A stretch of DNA of 64,000 nucleotides from an uncultured Holophagaceae bacterium (GTDB lineage Bacteria; Acidobacteriota; Holophagae; Holophagales; Holophagaceae): contig CAVVTK010000009.1 of NCBI GenBank assembly GCA_963751095.1, positions 911-64,910 of the forward strand, in the 5' to 3' direction. Shown here one piece after another: positions 60,623 through 64,000 of the stretch. Position 1 is the first letter of the stretch; each line of letters opens with the position of its first letter. The notes beneath the pieces were generated by a model. The model searched no databases. It was not told the DNA's origin and saw nothing but the letters and a program-made list of their open reading frames with translations. Position numbers and translations under genes: made by a program.

Positions 60623-61842
60623 AGCCCATCGCCAGGATCCACCGGCCCGTGCTGCTGCTCACGGCGGGGCTGGCCCTGTGGGGGCAGGAGGGCGTGGACG
60701 AGCTGTTCGCCCGGGCCCGCCGCCTCGCCTTCGACGGCAAGCGGGCCGAGGCCCTCGAGCTCTGCCGTGCCGCCCTCCAGCGCAGCCCCGGCTACCACGA
60801 CATCCGCATCCTGGTGGGACGGATCCACGCCTGGGACGGACGCTACGACGAGGGCCGGATCGAGCTCCTGCAGGTGCTGCGGACCGAGCCGGGCCACCTG
60901 GACGGACGTGTGGCCCTGGTGGACCTGGAGCTCTGGTCGGATCACCCCCGGTCCGCGCTCACCCTCTGCGACGAGGGCCTGGCCCTGCACCCGGCCCAGC
61001 CCCTTCTGCTGTTCCGGAAGGCCCGGGCCCAGAAGGCCCTGGGCGCCTACCCGGAAGCCCTCGAGACGGCCAAGCAGTCCCTGGTGGCGGATCCGGGGCT
61101 GTATGAGGCCCGCCAGCTCATCGAGAACCTCGCCGAGCTGAGCCAGCGCTCGAAAGTGTCCCTGACCCAGACCTACGATCACTTCGACCGCACCTTCGAC
61201 CCCTGGAGGATGACCTCCCTGGGCGTGGCCCACCGCTTCGACGCCGGCTCCCTCATCGGCCGCGTCAACCGTGCCTCCCGCTTCGGCGACACGGGGAGCC
61301 AGCTCGAGGTGGACGCCTACCCGCGCTGGAAAGACGGCACCTATTTCTACCTCAACGCCGGGTTCTCCGAGTCCAGCCTCTTCCCCCACCGCCGCTATGG
61401 CGGAGAGATCTTCCAGACCTTCCCCCGTGGCTTCGAAGGCTCCCTTGGCTTCCGCCACCTGCGCTTCAGCGCCTCGACCGTCACGATCTACACCGGCTCC
61501 CTGGGGAAGTACTGGGGCGACTACCTCTTCAGCCTGCGGGCCAACGCCACGCCCAGCTCCATCGGCTCGTCGGAATCCGGCTCCATCGCGGTGCGGCGCT
61601 ACTTCGGGGATGGCGAGAACCACCTGACCGTCAGCCTCGGTTCCGGCGTCTCGCCGGACCAGCCGAACCCCAACGCCGAGATCCTCAACCTGCGCTCCCG
61701 CAAGGCCAGCCTCGCCGCCCAGGGGTGGATCCACCGGCGGCTCATCCTGTCGGGCAGCCTCGCCTACGAGAAGCAGCAGCTTGGCCAGGGCGTCGAGCGG
61801 GCGCAGACGACCTTCGGAGCCGGGCTGGAGTGGCGGTTCTGA
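60619..61842 (+). CDS. TPR + YaiO-family outer-membrane beta-barrel protein
   Basis: N-terminal TPRs; DAYP...Y.YLNAG....LFP motif; C-terminal WRF. Confidence 0.8.
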   Translation: MKPIARIHRPVLLLTAGLALWGQEGVDELFARARRLAFDGKRAEALELCRAALQRSPGYHDIRILVGRIHAWDGRYDEGRIELLQVLRTEPGHLDGRVALVDLELWSDHPRSALTLCDEGLALHPAQPLLLFRKARAQKALGAYPEALETAKQSLVADPGLYEARQLIENLAELSQRSKVSLTQTYDHFDRTFDPWRMTSLGVAHRFDAGSLIGRVNRASRFGDTGSQLEVDAYPRWKDGTYFYLNAGFSESSLFPHRRYGGEIFQTFPRGFEGSLGFRHLRFSASTVTIYTGSLGKYWGDYLFSLRANATPSSIGSSESGSIAVRRYFGDGENHLTVSLGSGVSPDQPNPNAEILNLRSRKASLAAQGWIHRRLILSGSLAYEKQQLGQGVERAQTTFGAGLEWRF

Positions 61843-61899
61843 TTTCATCACGGGCACGGGAAACCGCTGAACCGATCGCTTGTTTGCTAATCTCTCCCC

Positions 61900-62304
61900 A
61901 TGAGTCGGAAGTGGCCTGACCCCACCCGGGTCCTAGTCGTGGAGGATGACCAGGCAACCGCCCGGCTCATCCAGGCGCGCCTGGAGATGGAGGGATTGAA
62001 GGTCCTCATGGCCCCCAACGGCGTCGAAGGCCTCGAACTCCTCCAGCGCGAGGCCATCGACCTCGTCACCACGGACTTGATGATGCCCGCCATGAATGGC
62101 TTCCGCCTCGTCCAGGAGATCCGCGACCTGCCGCCACCCAAGGGGCGCGTCCCCATCCTGCTCATCTCCAGCAACCAGAACGAGCAGGACATGATCCGCT
62201 GCCTGGCGGCCGGAGCCGACGACTACATGACCAAGCCCATCTCGGCGCAGGTGCTCGTGGAGCGTCTCTGGCGCATGCACCAGCGCTCCCTCAACGCGGG
62301 CTGA
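61900..62304 (+). CDS. single-domain response regulator (REC)
   Basis: VVEDD, TDLMMP and GADDYMTKP motifs. Confidence 0.92.
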   Translation: MSRKWPDPTRVLVVEDDQATARLIQARLEMEGLKVLMAPNGVEGLELLQREAIDLVTTDLMMPAMNGFRLVQEIRDLPPPKGRVPILLISSNQNEQDMIRCLAAGADDYMTKPISAQVLVERLWRMHQRSLNAG

Positions 62305-62312
62305 GGCAGACC

Positions 62313-63392
62313 ATGCACCTGCCGCCGGCGATGGTGCTCCAGGTCCTGATCTGGGGGACGGTGATCCTGGGCGGCCTGGTCTCTGCCCTGATCCTCCTGG
62401 GCATGGGCATCCAGCTCCGGCAGGACCGGCAGAACCGGCATCGCATCGCCCGCTACCAGGCCTGGGAGACCGATCTGGCCACCTACCTCTTCAGCGGCGA
62501 AGCCTCCTCCCGCGCCTTCCCGAGCATCGCGAAGGAGGACCGGCAGCTCTTCCAGAAATTCCTCACCCGCTACCACGCCACCCTGGCCGGCCAGGAGGCG
62601 GAGGCCCTGCGGGAGCTCTACCTGGGCCTGGGGGTGCATCAGTCCCTCCCCCGGCGCCTGCAGCACCGGCAGACCACCGTCCGCGCCCAGGCCGCGCAGG
62701 AGGTGGGGATCTTCAAGCTGGGGGAGTATCTGGAAGCCGTCGTCCCGCTCCTGGCTGACCCAGTGCCCTACGTGACCCATCTGGCGGCGCAGGCCCTCAC
62801 CCTGAGCGGCGACCTCCGCTTCGCCAGGCCCGTGGTGGATTGGGTGCTGCGGGAGGAACGCTACCAGCGGGAGCGGCTGCTGCGGGTGCTCGAAGGCTTC
62901 GGCCCGGACCTCCTCCCCTGGCTGGAGGCGCACCTCGAGCCGCCCGTGACCGCGCCGGAGCCCTGGATCCTCTTCGCCCTGCTGGCGGGGTCGCACCGAC
63001 ACCGTGAGAGCGAGCACCGCCTGCTGGAGCTCCTCGCCAGCCCCGACGTGGACATCCAGGCCTCGGCCCTGAAGGCGCTCGCGGCCCTGGCCGACCCCCT
63101 CACCTATGCCCGGGTGGAACCCCTGGCCCGGCACGAGGCCTGGCCCGTCCGGGCCCAGGCCGCCAAGGCCCTGGGCCTCATCGGCGGACCCGATGCCATC
63201 CCGGCCCTCATCGCCCTGACCAGCGATCAGATCTACGAGGTCCGCCGCAACGCGGCCCAGGGCATGGCCGACCTGGGCCATGCCGGCACCTCGGCGCTGA
63301 CCTGGCTGGCGGAAGATCCCACGGCGGACCGCTTCGCCCGCGACATCGCGCGGGAGCGCCTGGAGTGGGCCGACGAGCGGGGACACCAGTGA
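62313..63392 (+). CDS. membrane-anchored HEAT-repeat protein
   Basis: N-terminal TM; VRAQAAKALG and VRRNAAQGM HEAT/PBS repeats. Confidence 0.85.
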   Translation: MHLPPAMVLQVLIWGTVILGGLVSALILLGMGIQLRQDRQNRHRIARYQAWETDLATYLFSGEASSRAFPSIAKEDRQLFQKFLTRYHATLAGQEAEALRELYLGLGVHQSLPRRLQHRQTTVRAQAAQEVGIFKLGEYLEAVVPLLADPVPYVTHLAAQALTLSGDLRFARPVVDWVLREERYQRERLLRVLEGFGPDLLPWLEAHLEPPVTAPEPWILFALLAGSHRHRESEHRLLELLASPDVDIQASALKALAALADPLTYARVEPLARHEAWPVRAQAAKALGLIGGPDAIPALIALTSDQIYEVRRNAAQGMADLGHAGTSALTWLAEDPTADRFARDIARERLEWADERGHQ

Positions 63393-64000
63393 GTTTCCGC
63401 GCCTTCGTCACCGTCTTCATCGAGTGGGGCATCCTGGCCTACTTCCTGGCCCTCCACCTCACCCACCTGTCCCTGATCCTGCGGGCCTTCTTCTCCATCC
63501 GCCGCTACCTCGAGGAGGCGGAGACCGATCGCCTCGACACCGCCTTCGAGACCAGCCACTACAAGCCCATGACCCTCATCTGCCCCGCCTACAACGAGGA
63601 GGCGGGCGTGGTGCCCAGCGTGAACAGCCTCATCAGCCTGCGCTATCCAGAGTTCCAGGTGGTGGTGGTGAACGACGGCAGCAAGGACGCCACGCTGGAG
63701 AAGCTCATCGCAGCCTTCAAGCTGAAGCCCAGCGCGCGCGTGCTGCGCCAGCTCCTGCCCACCAAGGAGGTACGGGGCATCTACGAAAGCGCCTACGTGC
63801 CCAACCTGGTGGTGGTGGACAAGGCCAACGGCGGCAAGGCTGACGCCCTCAACTGCGGCATCAACCTGGCCCGCTACCCGCTGGTCTGCTGCATGGACGG
63901 GGACAGCCTGCTGGAGAACGACTCGCTCCTGCGCATCGCCAGGCCCTTCATGGACCGGCCCCACCTGGTGGCCTCGGGCGGCGTCATACGCCCCCTCAAC
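63389..64000 (+). CDS. GT2 processive glycosyltransferase (PgaC/IcaA-like), partial
   Basis: GTG overlapping the upstream TGA; CPAYNEE, VVNDGSKD, NGGKADALN and MDGDS motifs; runs off the window. Confidence 0.9.
   Translation, partial: MSFRAFVTVFIEWGILAYFLALHLTHLSLILRAFFSIRRYLEEAETDRLDTAFETSHYKPMTLICPAYNEEAGVVPSVNSLISLRYPEFQVVVVNDGSKDATLEKLIAAFKLKPSARVLRQLLPTKEVRGIYESAYVPNLVVVDKANGGKADALNCGINLARYPLVCCMDGDSLLENDSLLRIARPFMDRPHLVASGGVIRPLN

Overview
GC-rich bacterial chromosomal window. The gene content (split atp operon with b/b' but no a/c subunits, Oar-like TonB receptor, DUF4097 proteins, FHA-GGDEF proteins) suggests an Acidobacteriota/Holophagae-like organism; this is inference only. The housekeeping backbone comprises murA, prs, engB, ftsE, a thiolase, purC, atpF'F-H-A-G-D-C, der, recN and 4 tRNAs. 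Accessory modules: a WYL regulator + secreted subtilase + secreted helical protein + convergent secreted caspase-like protease; a Ser/Thr kinase + two FHA-GGDEF operon; a VanZ-LpxH-like fusion; and a putative synthase-dependent exopolysaccharide locus (GH-like, TPR, sulfatase-like, YaiO barrel, REC, HEAT, GT2) running off the right edge. The most striking non-genic signal is a set of 160-200 bp highly structured elements arrayed in tandem at gene 3' ends (murA, tRNA-Glu, tRNA-Asp). At murA the element supplies a synonymously recoded replacement 3' end, as integrative elements do at att sites. Separate 7- and 9-bp-periodic inverted-repeat elements occur at 2831, 26475 and 28018. Three genes carry single lesions (TonB receptor +1, atpF +1, in-frame TAG in a TPR gene) that may be assembly errors. 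All protein calls come from motif recognition by eye; no database search was run.
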